This document shows positions 37,488-47,575 of a stretch of 64,000 bases of DNA, in pieces (position 1 is the stretch's first letter; each line of letters opens with the position of its first letter). The stretch spans positions 128,001 to 192,000 of the forward strand of contig JAXGPA010000004.1 in NCBI GenBank assembly GCA_040767195.1. Reading direction: 5' to 3'. Both the position numbers and the translations under genes were made by a program. The stretch comes from Syntrophales bacterium (GTDB taxonomy: Bacteria; Desulfobacterota; Syntrophia; Syntrophales; UBA6807). The notes below the pieces were generated by a model, which ran no database searches, was not told where the DNA came from, and saw nothing but the letters and a program-made list of their open reading frames with translations.

Positions 37488-38444
37488 ATGGAAAACATCG
37501 ATGGGGGAGTCTTCCCCGCCCCGGTCAGGAAATGGTTCGCATCGGTCATCCCCGAGAGGGTCCGGACGGAACGGGCGGCGGCTTACCTCGGTCTCGCCTT
37601 CGCCGTTCTGTGCTGGGCAGGAAACACCGTCCTCGCCCGGGGGGTCGTTCATGAAACCGGCCCCATGGCCCTGTCCTTCTGGCGGTGGATCGTGGCCTGG
37701 CTCATCATCCTTCCCTTCAGCCTGCCCCACGTGAAAAGAGAGCGGGGCGCCCTCCTCGAAAACAAGGGGAAACTGGTCGTCCTGTCCCTCTTCAGCGTGG
37801 CCATGTACAATTCGCTTCTCTATGTAGCCGCCCAGTTCACCACGGCGATGAACATGTCCATCGTGACGGCGGCCTTCCCGGCGATCACGATCCTTTTCGC
37901 CTGGATCCTGATCAAAGAGGTCCCCGACAGGACCCAGGTGACCGGCGTCTTCATAGCGGCCCTGGGGATGCTCGCCATCATTTTTCGGGGGTCCCTGGCG
38001 AACGTCTTCTCCCTCGCCTTCAATGCCGGGGATCTTCTTGTCGTCGCCGCCGTTCTCAGCTGGGCAATCTATTCCGTCTTTCTAAGGAAGTTTCGTCTCC
38101 CCGTCCACCCCCTGACGCTCCTCACACTGACGGTCTCTCTCGGCGTCATCATGATCTTCCCCTTTTTCCTTCTCGAAACGCTCCGGGCGGACCTGTTCCG
38201 ATTCACCCTGAAGAACGCATATATCCTTCTCTTCCTTGCCCTTTTTCCCTCTCTCCTAGCCTATCTCTTCTGGAACCAGGGGGTCCTCAAGGTCGGCCCC
38301 GGGCGGGCGGCCTTTTTCCTGTACCTTCTGCCCGTCTTCGGGTCTCTCCTCGCCTACCTGTTCCTCGGGGAGGAATTTCAACTCTACCACCTGGCGGGGA
38401 GCGTTCTCATCTTCATCGGGCTTTACCTGGCCATCAAAAGATAG
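37488..38444 (+). CDS. DMT/EamA family transporter
   Basis: About 10 TMs, CWAGNTV, LSFWRW, NAGDLLV, LAYLFWNQGV, LFLGEE. Start uncertain (37476/37488). Confidence 0.85.
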   Translation: MENIDGGVFPAPVRKWFASVIPERVRTERAAAYLGLAFAVLCWAGNTVLARGVVHETGPMALSFWRWIVAWLIILPFSLPHVKRERGALLENKGKLVVLSLFSVAMYNSLLYVAAQFTTAMNMSIVTAAFPAITILFAWILIKEVPDRTQVTGVFIAALGMLAIIFRGSLANVFSLAFNAGDLLVVAAVLSWAIYSVFLRKFRLPVHPLTLLTLTVSLGVIMIFPFFLLETLRADLFRFTLKNAYILLFLALFPSLLAYLFWNQGVLKVGPGRAAFFLYLLPVFGSLLAYLFLGEEFQLYHLAGSVLIFIGLYLAIKR

Positions 38445-38950
38445 GGGGGAGAAGGCCTTTCACGTCTCTGACGTTTCCCGCCCCCATCAGCGGGACATGC
38501 CGGGGCCGGTCATGTTGATTCCCGTCACCTTCCTGACAAAAGAAGGGATCCCCGGTCCCGGAGGGCGCCTTCTTCCGTTTTCACCTGAAGGAAGGCCAAC
38601 GGGTGCCTCGAGACGATCCTTCGCCGGGAGGTTCAGCTTCTTCTGGCGCAGCGGAATTCCGTGCACCACTCTCGGGGCTTCTGAAAAAGCATTGACAAAT
38701 ACTTTTTCTTGATGGACATAGTTACTTTAAGAATGAATTTGGTACTGAAGGGGAAAAAGTTACCAAATTATTTGACAATAGGAAATTCCGGCTCCGCATC
38801 GGTCTCTTTTTTTCCTCTCCATCAACCAAAGCAGATCAGGCACGCATTCATCGCTATCCCCGGGGCTTGAGGTTCCATAGGGCTTTATGAGCGGCGACAA
38901 TGACGAAATACGCCGTGTTAAGCCTTGAAGCTGAAAAGGAGGTCATGGTC

Positions 38951-39427
38951 ATGGTCAGAAGGTTTCTGATTGTCCTTACGATGATTATCCTGTGCCTGTC
39001 CCTGGCATGCGCCCGGCAGAACCCGCCGACATCCCGCGTCGCGGCCGATGACATGGCGGAAGCCGTCCGACTGGTGGAAAAAGCCGCGGCCTTCATGAAA
39101 GAAAGCGGAAAGGAAAAGGCGATCGCCGAAATGAGCAATCCCCAGGGCCGGTTTGTCATGGGAGAACTCTACGTTTTCGCCTACGACCTGAACGGCGTCA
39201 TGATGGCCCACCCGAAAAATCCCGAATTGATCGGCCAGAGCCTCATCGACAAAAGGGACAGCAAGGGAAAATTGTTCCGGAAGGAAATCATGGAGAAAGC
39301 GAAATCACAGGGAAGCGGTTGGGTCGATTATTTTTACCTTAACCCCGTTACCAAAAAGGAGGAGGACAAAACGACCTACCTGAGAAGAGTGGAAGACCTG
39401 GTGATTTGTTGCGGTGTGTACAAATAA
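38951..39427 (+). CDS. Stand-alone single Cache domain protein, probable lipoprotein
   Basis: LSLAC lipobox-like, GELYVFAYDLNGVMMAHP, DSKGKLF, GSGWVDY...NP...KTTY...CGVY. RBS AGGAGG. Confidence 0.8.
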   Translation: MVRRFLIVLTMIILCLSLACARQNPPTSRVAADDMAEAVRLVEKAAAFMKESGKEKAIAEMSNPQGRFVMGELYVFAYDLNGVMMAHPKNPELIGQSLIDKRDSKGKLFRKEIMEKAKSQGSGWVDYFYLNPVTKKEEDKTTYLRRVEDLVICCGVYK

Positions 39428-39592
39428 CCTTTATCGATAAACGAGGAACACGAAGCCTTCCAGACCGTGCCCCGGGGAGGCGGTTTCTTTATGCTTGATG
39501 ATCGGGTTGGCCTTTGCCCTGTCCCATATCTCTTTTCTTTCTCGGTGCAGGGATCCTTCTTTTTGCAATCAGCAGCAAGGCCTTCAAAAAGT

Positions 39593-39815
39593 AGGCGCCC
39601 CGTGAGCGCCTGCGGCCTCTTCACGGTGACGGGGGACCCCATGATGTCCCACATAGCCGAAGGGGACATCGTTCTCGTGGACAGGAGCGGGGCCGGGCCC
39701 GGGGAGATCGCCTATGGAAAGAGCTGCGGCTGCTCCGAGCGGGACACGGTGCAGGTGAAGGGGCTCATCCGCCGGGGGCCGAAGATCACGCCCGGTCGCA
39801 CAGTACGCTGGCCAT
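39593..39815 (+). pseudogene. Degenerate peptidase S24 (LexA/phage-CI C-terminal) domain remnant
   Basis: LFTVTGDPMMSHIAEGDIVLVDRS...YGK...VQVKGLIRRG follows the V.GDSM.P.I..GD.VLVD...VKRL pattern with the catalytic Ser replaced by Pro. No HTH and no start. Confidence 0.55.
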
Positions 39816-39858
39816 GGCGCCGGGATCAGAAATCAGTACTTACATCAAGGTGATAACA

Positions 39859-40197
39859 ATGCAGCGCAAAACGATACCGGGAAGCCAGGCCGGAAAAATC
39901 GAGGATCTGAAGACGTTCGTTGAATATCATGACGGATCTATCGTCAGCCGGGAGATTCTGAAAAAGGAAAACGGAACCGTTACCGTCTTCTCCTTCGACC
40001 GGGGCCAGGGCCTCAGTGAGCATAAGGCACCTGTCGATGCCATGGTTCAGGTCCTGGAAGGAGAGGCGTCAATAACCATTTCCGGAGAGCCGCATACGGT
40101 TGGAGCAGGACAAATGATCATCATGCCTGCGAATAAACCCCATTCTGTCAGTGCGGAAAAACCATTAAAGATGCTGCTCATAATGATAAGGGGGTGA
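39859..40197 (+). CDS. Cupin domain protein
   Basis: GSIVSREIL, VTVFSFDRGQGLSEHKAP, VQVLEGEA, MPANKPHSV. Confidence 0.85.
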   Translation: MQRKTIPGSQAGKIEDLKTFVEYHDGSIVSREILKKENGTVTVFSFDRGQGLSEHKAPVDAMVQVLEGEASITISGEPHTVGAGQMIIMPANKPHSVSAEKPLKMLLIMIRG

Positions 40198-40281
40198 GAG
40201 AGGGAAATTTATCAAGTTGGACCTTTGTTTGTGTCGGGGAGAAGAAAACGGAACTTTTCAGCCCGGACCGAGGAGGGTAAT

Positions 40282-41211
40282 ATGAAAAAAATATTTTTCA
40301 TCTTTTTGGTTGTTACGGTTTTTGCCACGCTGGCATGGTCCCAGATGCGGGAAGGCACAATGGGCGGAGCCTCTCAATCGATATTTCCTCAGACATCTTC
40401 ACAGATTGGCGATGAAATACTCGAAGCGTTGATCCGGATAAGCCGGGGCGGGCAGCTTTATGATGACTGGTGGAAAACGACGACAGATACCGTGAAGCCC
40501 GAAAAGGACAACCCGCTTTGGAAGGAGCAGAGCACGAACAAGCGGAGCGGCTATGACACCTACCGCTGCAAAGAATGTCACGGCTGGGACTATCGAGGCA
40601 AAGACGGGGCCTATGGAAAGGGTTCTCACTACACGGGCTTCAAAGGCGTATACGAGGCAGCCCAAAAAATGTCCGTTCAGGAAATCGAGAGGATCCTGAC
40701 CAAAATGGGATCGGAAAAAAAGCACGATTTCAGTCAGCATATGGGCAATGAAGAGATTGCGGACCTGGCCCTTTTCGTAAAAAAAGGCGTTATTGACACA
40801 ACCAGGCTTGTCGATGACAAAGGATTGCCGACAGGAGGAAGCGAGAGGACGGGTCGTTCCATTTTCAGGAGAAACTGCACGTTCATGTGCCACGGTCCGG
40901 ATGGTACGGGAATCAATTTCGGGGACTCCGAAGAGCCTGAGTACGTTGGCACCATAGCGTATGAAAATCCCTGGGAATTCATCCACAAGGTCCGATGCGG
41001 TCAGCCCGGCACGAGGATGCCTTCGGCCATTATCAATGAATGGAGTGAAAAGGAAATTCTTGACCTTCTCAACTTTGCGCGGACTTTACCGAAGAATGAT
41101 TCCGAGATCAGCGGAGGGTCCCATTACAGGGGTCATATGGGCCGCCGGGGAATGATGCACCGGGATTATCGTCCCGGTAGCGGCAGGGGTTTCGGGCCAA
41201 CATTGGAGTGA
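40282..41211 (+). CDS. Exported c-type cytochrome (one CxxCH plus one CxxxCH motif)
   Basis: Signal peptide, RCKECHGWDY, NCTFMCHGPDG, GQPGTRMP (candidate distal Met). RBS GAGGAGG. Confidence 0.75.
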   Translation: MKKIFFIFLVVTVFATLAWSQMREGTMGGASQSIFPQTSSQIGDEILEALIRISRGGQLYDDWWKTTTDTVKPEKDNPLWKEQSTNKRSGYDTYRCKECHGWDYRGKDGAYGKGSHYTGFKGVYEAAQKMSVQEIERILTKMGSEKKHDFSQHMGNEEIADLALFVKKGVIDTTRLVDDKGLPTGGSERTGRSIFRRNCTFMCHGPDGTGINFGDSEEPEYVGTIAYENPWEFIHKVRCGQPGTRMPSAIINEWSEKEILDLLNFARTLPKNDSEISGGSHYRGHMGRRGMMHRDYRPGSGRGFGPTLE

Positions 41212-41403
41212 CACAGATGGTGTTTGAACTTCATCGTTAAACGAAGGATTTTTTGGTTCCGATGGAAATCGATCTGCAAAAATTCCGATAGTTCGGGAAT
41301 GTCATCTGGGTGGGACACGAGGTGAAGTAAAAGAAGTTTCTTCCACATTAATATTTTCTTAAATGGAAAAAGATCGAAAAGGGCAGCGTGGGAGACAAAG
41401 CAG

Positions 41404-41445
41404 AAAACAGGGGGTTACGATCTATCATCGTAACCCCCTGTTTTT
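41404..41445. terminator. Strong hairpin immediately 3' of the tRNA
   Basis: AAAACAGGGGGTTACGAT-CTATC-ATCGTAACCCCCTGTTTT, 18-bp perfect stem. Confidence 0.75.
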
Positions 41446-41448
41446 ATT

Positions 41449-41525
<77 letters not shown>

Positions 41526-41555
41526 TCAAGTTTTTATATGCGAAACTGAACCATC

Positions 41556-41584
41556 CTTATATTCCAGGAGCCGGAAAATGTCAA
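41556..41584 (-). promoter_or_regulatory. Sigma70-type promoter of tRNA-fMet
   Basis: Minus strand TTGACA-17nt-TATAAG, 30 nt upstream of the tRNA. Confidence 0.7.
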
Positions 41585-41597
41585 GGGCCCCCTCTTT

Positions 41598-42155
41598 TCA
41601 AAAAACAAAGACCGCCGCCGCGAGAACGGTGGTATACCCCGTGTTGGAAGCGAGGGTGGACTGGGTCATGTTTCTCGTCTTGACGATTTTCCCGCTTATC
41701 TTGAAAATGTCTTCCTTTTCGTTCCAGGCCGCGTCAATGTCGAAGTCGATCCCGAGGGTCGATGCCAGCATGGCCGCGGCGAGGTCTTCCGCGTAATCCC
41801 CCGCCTGTTTTTCCGTCTGCCCGAAGGCGTGGTGCTCGCTTATGTACCCGTAAGCTTTCTTGTCTGTGGGTATGGCGCAGCCCACGGTGGCGGCGATGAG
41901 CCTTCGCGGTTCGTTGCAGCAGCAACGGCTCATGACGCAGTACACGATGGACCCGGGCACGAGTTCCTTCAAGCCCCGTTCCCTCGAAATCACCTTGCAC
42001 CCCGGCGGAAAAATGCTCGAGACCTGGACAAGATTGAATTTCTCGATGCCGGCATCCCGAAGGGCAAGCTCGAAGGAATGGAGCTCTTCCTTGTGAGACC
42101 CGACCCCCTTGGTGAAAAAGATCTTCTTGGGTACGAACTCTTTCAATTTTACCAC
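41598..42155 (-). CDS. pdaD: Pyruvoyl-dependent arginine decarboxylase
   Basis: [36 protein letters not shown] (Ser-Ser self-cleavage site), YGYISEHH. Start GTG 42155 or TTG 42146. Confidence 0.88.
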   Translation of the reverse strand: MVKLKEFVPKKIFFTKGVGSHKEELHSFELALRDAGIEKFNLVQVSSIFPPGCKVISRERGLKELVPGSIVYCVMSRCCCNEPRRLIAATVGCAIPTDKKAYGYISEHHAFGQTEKQAGDYAEDLAAAMLASTLGIDFDIDAAWNEKEDIFKISGKIVKTRNMTQSTLASNTGYTTVLAAAVFVF

Positions 42156-42170
42156 TCCTTAATGGATTTT

Positions 42171-43022
42171 TTAGGGCCCCGCCAGGTAGCCCATGATCCG
42201 ATAGGTCAGCTTGGCCGCCATGAAGTCGGGGGCCACCATTCCCGGAATCGGGCAAAGCTCGACGACGTCGAAACCGCGGATGGCGCGGTGCCTGGAAACC
42301 TCCCGGACCAGGGCTGTCACGTCCCGCCACGTCAGTCCGTCCGGTTCGGGCGTTCCCGTAGCGGCCATGATGGCGGGGTCGAACACATCGAGATCGACAG
42401 TGAGATAGACGTCTTCCGTGAGGGCGTCGGCGACCCGCTCCATCCAGTCCGGTTTCTTCCTGATGGTTTCAGGACCGTAGCAGGAAATCTCTTTCTCCTT
42501 GAGAAAAGCCGCCTCCTCGGCACTCATGCTTCGGATTCCAACGGGGACGACGGGCGCGATTTCGCAGATCCGGCGGGAAACGCAGGCGTGGCTGTAAGGG
42601 GTGCCCTGGTAAGTGTCCCGCATATCCGCGTGGGCATCGAGATGAAGGACGGAAATCCCCGGATATCTATCCTTCATGGCCTGGACGGCACCGAAGCTGA
42701 TGGAATGCTCCCCTCCCAGCACCACGGGGATTTTTTCCCAGTCCAGGACCTGGGAGACATGCCGCCGCACCGTGTCCATCATGTCCCGGGGGTTTCCTGC
42801 CGACACCTCCAGGGCGGGCGCCGTGTGGATGCCGGAAAGATACGTCTCCCTGTCCAGTTCCTCGTCGTAGAGCTCCATCTGGGTGGAGGCTTCCATGATG
42901 GCCGCGGGACCCCGCCGGGACCCCGCCTGGTAGGACGTAGTCAGGTCGTAGGGTACCGGTATGACGACAAACCGCGCCTTTTCGAGAAGGGCATCTTCCT
43001 GGGAGAGACCGCCGAAATTCAC
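42171..43022 (-). CDS. speB: Agmatinase
   Basis: GGEHSIS, HLDAHADMRD, SHAC, TVDLDVFDP, TGTPEPDG. Paired with arginine decarboxylase. Confidence 0.9.
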   Translation of the reverse strand: MNFGGLSQEDALLEKARFVVIPVPYDLTTSYQAGSRRGPAAIMEASTQMELYDEELDRETYLSGIHTAPALEVSAGNPRDMMDTVRRHVSQVLDWEKIPVVLGGEHSISFGAVQAMKDRYPGISVLHLDAHADMRDTYQGTPYSHACVSRRICEIAPVVPVGIRSMSAEEAAFLKEKEISCYGPETIRKKPDWMERVADALTEDVYLTVDLDVFDPAIMAATGTPEPDGLTWRDVTALVREVSRHRAIRGFDVVELCPIPGMVAPDFMAAKLTYRIMGYLAGP

Positions 43023-43155
43023 TCTTTCACCCCGGATAATCGACGAAATGACAACAAAGGTGACTTTTCACAAAACCCGAAATTTAAAAAAGAAGATTTG
43101 GCTATCACATCGCCTCCCCCCTTGTCCAGCTTTTTATCCGAAGGTCGGGACAGCG

Positions 43156-46100
43156 TCAGCGAACGTAGCCGGCAATACCGTCATAGCGGAATCCCCGGTC
43201 GATGACCCGTTCCTCCTTGAGGTCCGTCGAATAAAAATAGGCACCCGTCCCGGGATGGAACCACCGGTAAAGTTCGCGGCTCCCCGCCAGGCGGGACGTA
43301 GCGATATTGCCGATGGAGCCTTCCAGGACATACCCGTCGAGACGGAGCCCTTCCCCTTTCTTATCATACCCGTAGGCGTGCCGGTTTTCACCCCGGTGAT
43401 ACCAACGGTAAAATTCCGTCGTCCCAGGCGTACCCTCCCGATAAAGGCGGAACGCCACGCCCCGGAACTCGTATCCTCCGGGAAGAACCGCCTCCTCGGC
43501 GGGTCGGGATGTAAAAAGACAGTTGAACCCTTTCCGGTAACCCAGGATATCGATAAAGGGGGACGCCTCTCCGTGAGGCACTTCCAGGAAAATGTCGGCG
43601 GCCAGGGTTCCGCTCTCCGAGGTGAAGACCACCGTCGAACCGTAAAGGCCCGGGGAAAGCCCCGTGGTGTTGACGGCTACGTTGACGAAATCCTTTTCTT
43701 TCGCCGTCGTCCCGTTATCCGGGTAGATACGGACCCAGCCCTTCTGCCCCCGGCGGGGATCCTCGCCTAAAATCCTCACCCCCTCGACGACGGTCTGCCC
43801 GCCGTAGAAAAGAAGCTCGACCGTGTGGGAACCCTTTTCCAGCGACGGGGCAACGGGCAAAACCCCGCTGTCGCCCGTTGTCCCATCCAAATCGAAGTCC
43901 ACTGCAGGCCCGCCATCCACGGACACCCGGATCCTGCCGCGCCCCCCGCCGCTATCCGTGAGAAGAACGAGGCCGGTGCCTTCAAAGGAAAAGGTCAGCC
44001 GTTCCCGCGTCCCCCGGGCGGCGGGATACCCGTCGATGTTCTCCCACGTCCCGTCGAGGGCCATCATGTCCCGGAGCTTGTCCGGTGTCTCGTAAGCCGT
44101 TTCCTGCGAGAGTTCCCCGTTCTGAAAGGAAAGGTATCTCCCTCGCCGGGCCCAGCCGTCGCCGCCGTGGGAACGCCCCTCGTCAAGGGCGGCCCTCCAG
44201 TTCAGGACCCCCATGCCCTGGTTGAGCACCTGGATTCTCCTCACCGCTCTCTTCCCCTCCCCGACGTTGCCGAAATCGATGACCGGAGGATCAATGGCCA
44301 TGCGCGGGCGGGAGGCTTCCTCCGCCACGTTGAACCGGGCGTAGACATGCCTTGACCCTCCGCTGGAAAGGAGAGGCAGGACGACCCGCTGGGGACCGAC
44401 GGGAAGATATTTCCGCACCGTGACTTTCTGATCCTTCGATTCCACCGTGAGCTCGATGAGGAATTCACCGGCCGGGCCGGACAGGGACGGGTCCTGCGGA
44501 CCGGCTGAAAAGACGGTCACCTTAAGGATGTCCTGTTCCTTCGCCACGGTCGCCGCCAGGGTTTCGCCGTCAAGGACTTCCCAGCCAACGGGTCCTGACG
44601 TGGACCACTCGACACGGCCCGAGCCCCCGTTTTCCATGAGGAAAGACCCCTTCGCCGACTCGCCGGGCCCAATAGCGCCCAGTTCCAGTTCCCGGGGGGA
44701 CACGACGAGAACGGGTTCGAAATGGGAATCCCGGATCTCGACCCGGGCGGCGTTGCTTTCCACGTTCCCCCTCTTTTTCCAAATGGTCACCGTGCCTTCC
44801 CCGCGGGCGACAAAAACGGGCCTGTTCCCCGGGAAGACCCCCGCCTCCCGGTCGGAAACCACCCAGGACCCTTCCTCTCTGCCGGACAGATCCGTTTTCC
44901 GGCCGTCGGACCAAGTTCCCGTCACCCGGAAGGTCCTTTGCTGTCCCACGGACATCCGGACATTCACGGGGCTGATGGCGATGGATTGAAGACGAACCAC
45001 CCTGATTTTCAGATCCACCCTTTTCTCTCCGGCGTTCGACCGGACAACGAGGGCCCCCGCGTAGTCCCCCTCGTCGAGATGGCTTGTTTCTCCCGACAGG
45101 GACACCGTAACGGTCTCCCCGGGATCCACCGATTCCTCAACCTGGCGCCTCGCCTCCCGCCACCGGAAATAAGGGTCGAAATCCTCCATCTCCAGGGACG
45201 ACTCGGGGCATCCCAGGTAAACACCCGGAGAAAGAGCGGCCTCCGCTTTCCTGGTTTCCCGCAGATAGGACCAGATGGACACATCCCTTTCAGACCGGAT
45301 CCAGGGCACCTCGGAAACGATCTCGAAAAACAGGGGGGCCTTGCCCGTGTTTGCCACGGAAAGGCTGAAGGGAACCGTCTCCCCCTGCTCCACCCGTCCC
45401 AGGTCGACCGTTTCCTGGTTCACGAGGAGAACCGGTTCCAGTGCGGCGCTTACCGACACGGGAACGGCGGGGCTGTAGACATCCCCCAGTTTCGCCGTAA
45501 CGTCCGCCGTCCCTCTCGAAATTCCCTGAAGTAACCCCGGGCCCTGGAAACGGGCGACGAAAGGGTCGGTCGATGTCCAGTCGACGGATTGGGTGATGTC
45601 CTCCCTGTAACCGTCGGCATAGGTCACGCGGGCCCGCAACGTCACCGATTTCCCTGCCTCGACCTGGATCTTTTCCGGTTCGATGGAAATCTTCCAGCTT
45701 TCCACCGCCTCCTCTCTGACCGCGGCCTCCTCCACGGGGCCTTTCAAAAAAACGGAAAGGGACACCACGGCGGTCCCCCCGGAAGAGGTGATCACGAGAT
45801 TCCCCGAGTGAGATCCGGGAGAAAGACGGGATCCCGAGAAATCCAGCTTCAGCGTCTGGCCTTCCGCACCCGTCTCACCGAACATCGGGTTCACCGTAAT
45901 CCAGGACGGCACCCCCGTAACGAGCCAATTCAGCTTGCCCGGCCCCCCGTTTCGAAGCGCCAGGATCCGGGACGGCGCCTCTCCCGCTGCGACAGTCCCA
46001 TAATCGATGGCGGAGGCGGAAAGGACGAGATGGGGATCCGCCGCGGCGGCCCGGGAAAGGCCGAAAGCCATCATGAGAAAGAGAGAACAGAGCACCGCCA

Positions 46101-46182
46101 TAACGAGGCAGAGAAAGAATGGCCTTCCCGCCCCGCCGTCACCGCGTATTGTTGACAGACCCATCGTCGAAGGAACCTTCAT
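43156..46182 (-). CDS. Large exported protein with repeated BACON/Ig-like domains and a C-terminal DUF5648-like repeat
   Basis: Signal/TM segment; repeated (I/V)D(Y/L/F)G.V..G...N.G...L.W modules; Big_2-like ISIEP...VDWTS; C-terminal FYRWYH...HAY and LYRWFHPGTGAYFYST. Start uncertain. Confidence 0.65.
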   Translation of the reverse strand: MKVPSTMGLSTIRGDGGAGRPFFLCLVMAVLCSLFLMMAFGLSRAAAADPHLVLSASAIDYGTVAAGEAPSRILALRNGGPGKLNWLVTGVPSWITVNPMFGETGAEGQTLKLDFSGSRLSPGSHSGNLVITSSGGTAVVSLSVFLKGPVEEAAVREEAVESWKISIEPEKIQVEAGKSVTLRARVTYADGYREDITQSVDWTSTDPFVARFQGPGLLQGISRGTADVTAKLGDVYSPAVPVSVSAALEPVLLVNQETVDLGRVEQGETVPFSLSVANTGKAPLFFEIVSEVPWIRSERDVSIWSYLRETRKAEAALSPGVYLGCPESSLEMEDFDPYFRWREARRQVEESVDPGETVTVSLSGETSHLDEGDYAGALVVRSNAGEKRVDLKIRVVRLQSIAISPVNVRMSVGQQRTFRVTGTWSDGRKTDLSGREEGSWVVSDREAGVFPGNRPVFVARGEGTVTIWKKRGNVESNAARVEIRDSHFEPVLVVSPRELELGAIGPGESAKGSFLMENGGSGRVEWSTSGPVGWEVLDGETLAATVAKEQDILKVTVFSAGPQDPSLSGPAGEFLIELTVESKDQKVTVRKYLPVGPQRVVLPLLSSGGSRHVYARFNVAEEASRPRMAIDPPVIDFGNVGEGKRAVRRIQVLNQGMGVLNWRAALDEGRSHGGDGWARRGRYLSFQNGELSQETAYETPDKLRDMMALDGTWENIDGYPAARGTRERLTFSFEGTGLVLLTDSGGGRGRIRVSVDGGPAVDFDLDGTTGDSGVLPVAPSLEKGSHTVELLFYGGQTVVEGVRILGEDPRRGQKGWVRIYPDNGTTAKEKDFVNVAVNTTGLSPGLYGSTVVFTSESGTLAADIFLEVPHGEASPFIDILGYRKGFNCLFTSRPAEEAVLPGGYEFRGVAFRLYREGTPGTTEFYRWYHRGENRHAYGYDKKGEGLRLDGYVLEGSIGNIATSRLAGSRELYRWFHPGTGAYFYSTDLKEERVIDRGFRYDGIAGYVR

Positions 46183-46411
46183 TGATCCTGAGCGTATTTT
46201 CCCGTCCTGTCGAGAACCGGCGGAAAACGAAAACAATCCGCCACAAAAGCTATTACAACGGGGCCGGCCTGTCAAGACACAGCAACGGGAACCCGAAAGC
46301 CGCCTGAAGGGAACGAGGTTAGGAAATCGGGACCGCTTTTTCCGCAAGGGCTTGACAGAACGCCGCTATTCGATATACTCGTCCCTCATTTCCCTCGGGA
46401 CCGAGAAAGAT

Positions 46412-47575
46412 ATGAGCGCCATGGACAGTGAGGATCTTCGTTTTTCCATCGCCCTGAGTTTTGTCGACGACCTCGGAAACGTCGCCGTCCGCCGTCTTCT
46501 CACGTGTTTCGGAAGTGCCCGGAAGGTTCTCGAAGCGTCGGAAAGAGAACTGACGCGGGTCCCCCGCCTTTCGAAAAAAGCGATCCGGAACATGATCGCT
46601 TTTTCCGACTGGGAGCGGGTCGACGGGGAAATCGAAAAAGCGCGGAAATGGGGCGTTTCCATCCTGCCCATGGGGCACCCCGCTTATCCGGAGCGGCTTC
46701 TCAGGATCTACGACCCGCCGACCGCGCTGTACGTAAGGGGATCCTGCCCGTTGTCGGAAGCGGCCGTGGCGGTCATCGGTTCCCGGAGGGCCTCGCCCTA
46801 CGGCAGGTTCATGACCGAAAGAATCGCCCGGGATCTGGCCTGCCAGGGCATCGCCGTCATAAGCGGCATGGCCCGGGGAATCGACACGGCGGCGCACTGG
46901 GCGGCCTTGAGGGCGGGAGGGCGGACCATCGCCGTTCTCGGCTCGGGCATGGATGTAATTTATCCGCCCGAAAACAGGGATCTCTTTGAAAAAATCGGGG
47001 AAACCGGCGCCGTCATCACCGAATTTCCTTTCGGAACCCCTCCTCACGCCGTCCATTTTCCCTTGCGTAACCGGATCATCAGCGGCCTTTCCCTGGGTGT
47101 CGTGGTTGTCGAAGCGGGTGAAAAAAGCGGGTCTCTCATCACGGCGCGGCTGGCCCTGGAACAGGGAAAAGAGGTTTTCGCCATACCCGGCAGCATCGAT
47201 TCGCCGGGGTCCCGGGGAACGCACCGGCTCCTCCGCCAGGGAGCCAAGCTTGTCGAGTCCGTCCACGATGTCATGGAGGAAATCCTTCCCCAGATTCCGG
47301 CGGCCGAAAGAAACAGGCCCGGTGCAGGAGAAGCGGGTCTCGCCGGCCCCTCCGCTGTAACGGGAAATACCTCGAAAAGCGGACAAGAGGGGGTCACCCG
47401 TTCGGAGGACACCCTTCTCCGCCTTCTCGGCAGGCGTCCCCTTCCGGTGGACCGGATCATCGCATCTTCCGGTTTCGATGCCCGGGAGGTTCTTTCCCTT
47501 CTCCTGTCCCTGGAACTCCGGGGCCTGGTGGAACAGCTGCCGGGAAAGCAATTCAAACTGAAGGAGCACGCATGA
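46412..47575 (+). CDS. dprA: DNA-processing protein DprA
   Basis: YPERLLRIYDPP, VAVIGSR, ISGMARGIDTAAH, FPLRNRIISGLS, VVEAGEKSGSLITA, C-terminal winged helix. TTGACA-16-TATACT promoter at 46352-46379. Confidence 0.93.
   Translation: MSAMDSEDLRFSIALSFVDDLGNVAVRRLLTCFGSARKVLEASERELTRVPRLSKKAIRNMIAFSDWERVDGEIEKARKWGVSILPMGHPAYPERLLRIYDPPTALYVRGSCPLSEAAVAVIGSRRASPYGRFMTERIARDLACQGIAVISGMARGIDTAAHWAALRAGGRTIAVLGSGMDVIYPPENRDLFEKIGETGAVITEFPFGTPPHAVHFPLRNRIISGLSLGVVVVEAGEKSGSLITARLALEQGKEVFAIPGSIDSPGSRGTHRLLRQGAKLVESVHDVMEEILPQIPAAERNRPGAGEAGLAGPSAVTGNTSKSGQEGVTRSEDTLLRLLGRRPLPVDRIIASSGFDAREVLSLLLSLELRGLVEQLPGKQFKLKEHA

Noticed and set aside
43059..43074. Rex operator upstream of speB (GGTGACTTTTCACAA)
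   Set aside because: Half-site spacing is 2 nt shorter than TTGTGAA-N4-TTCACAA.
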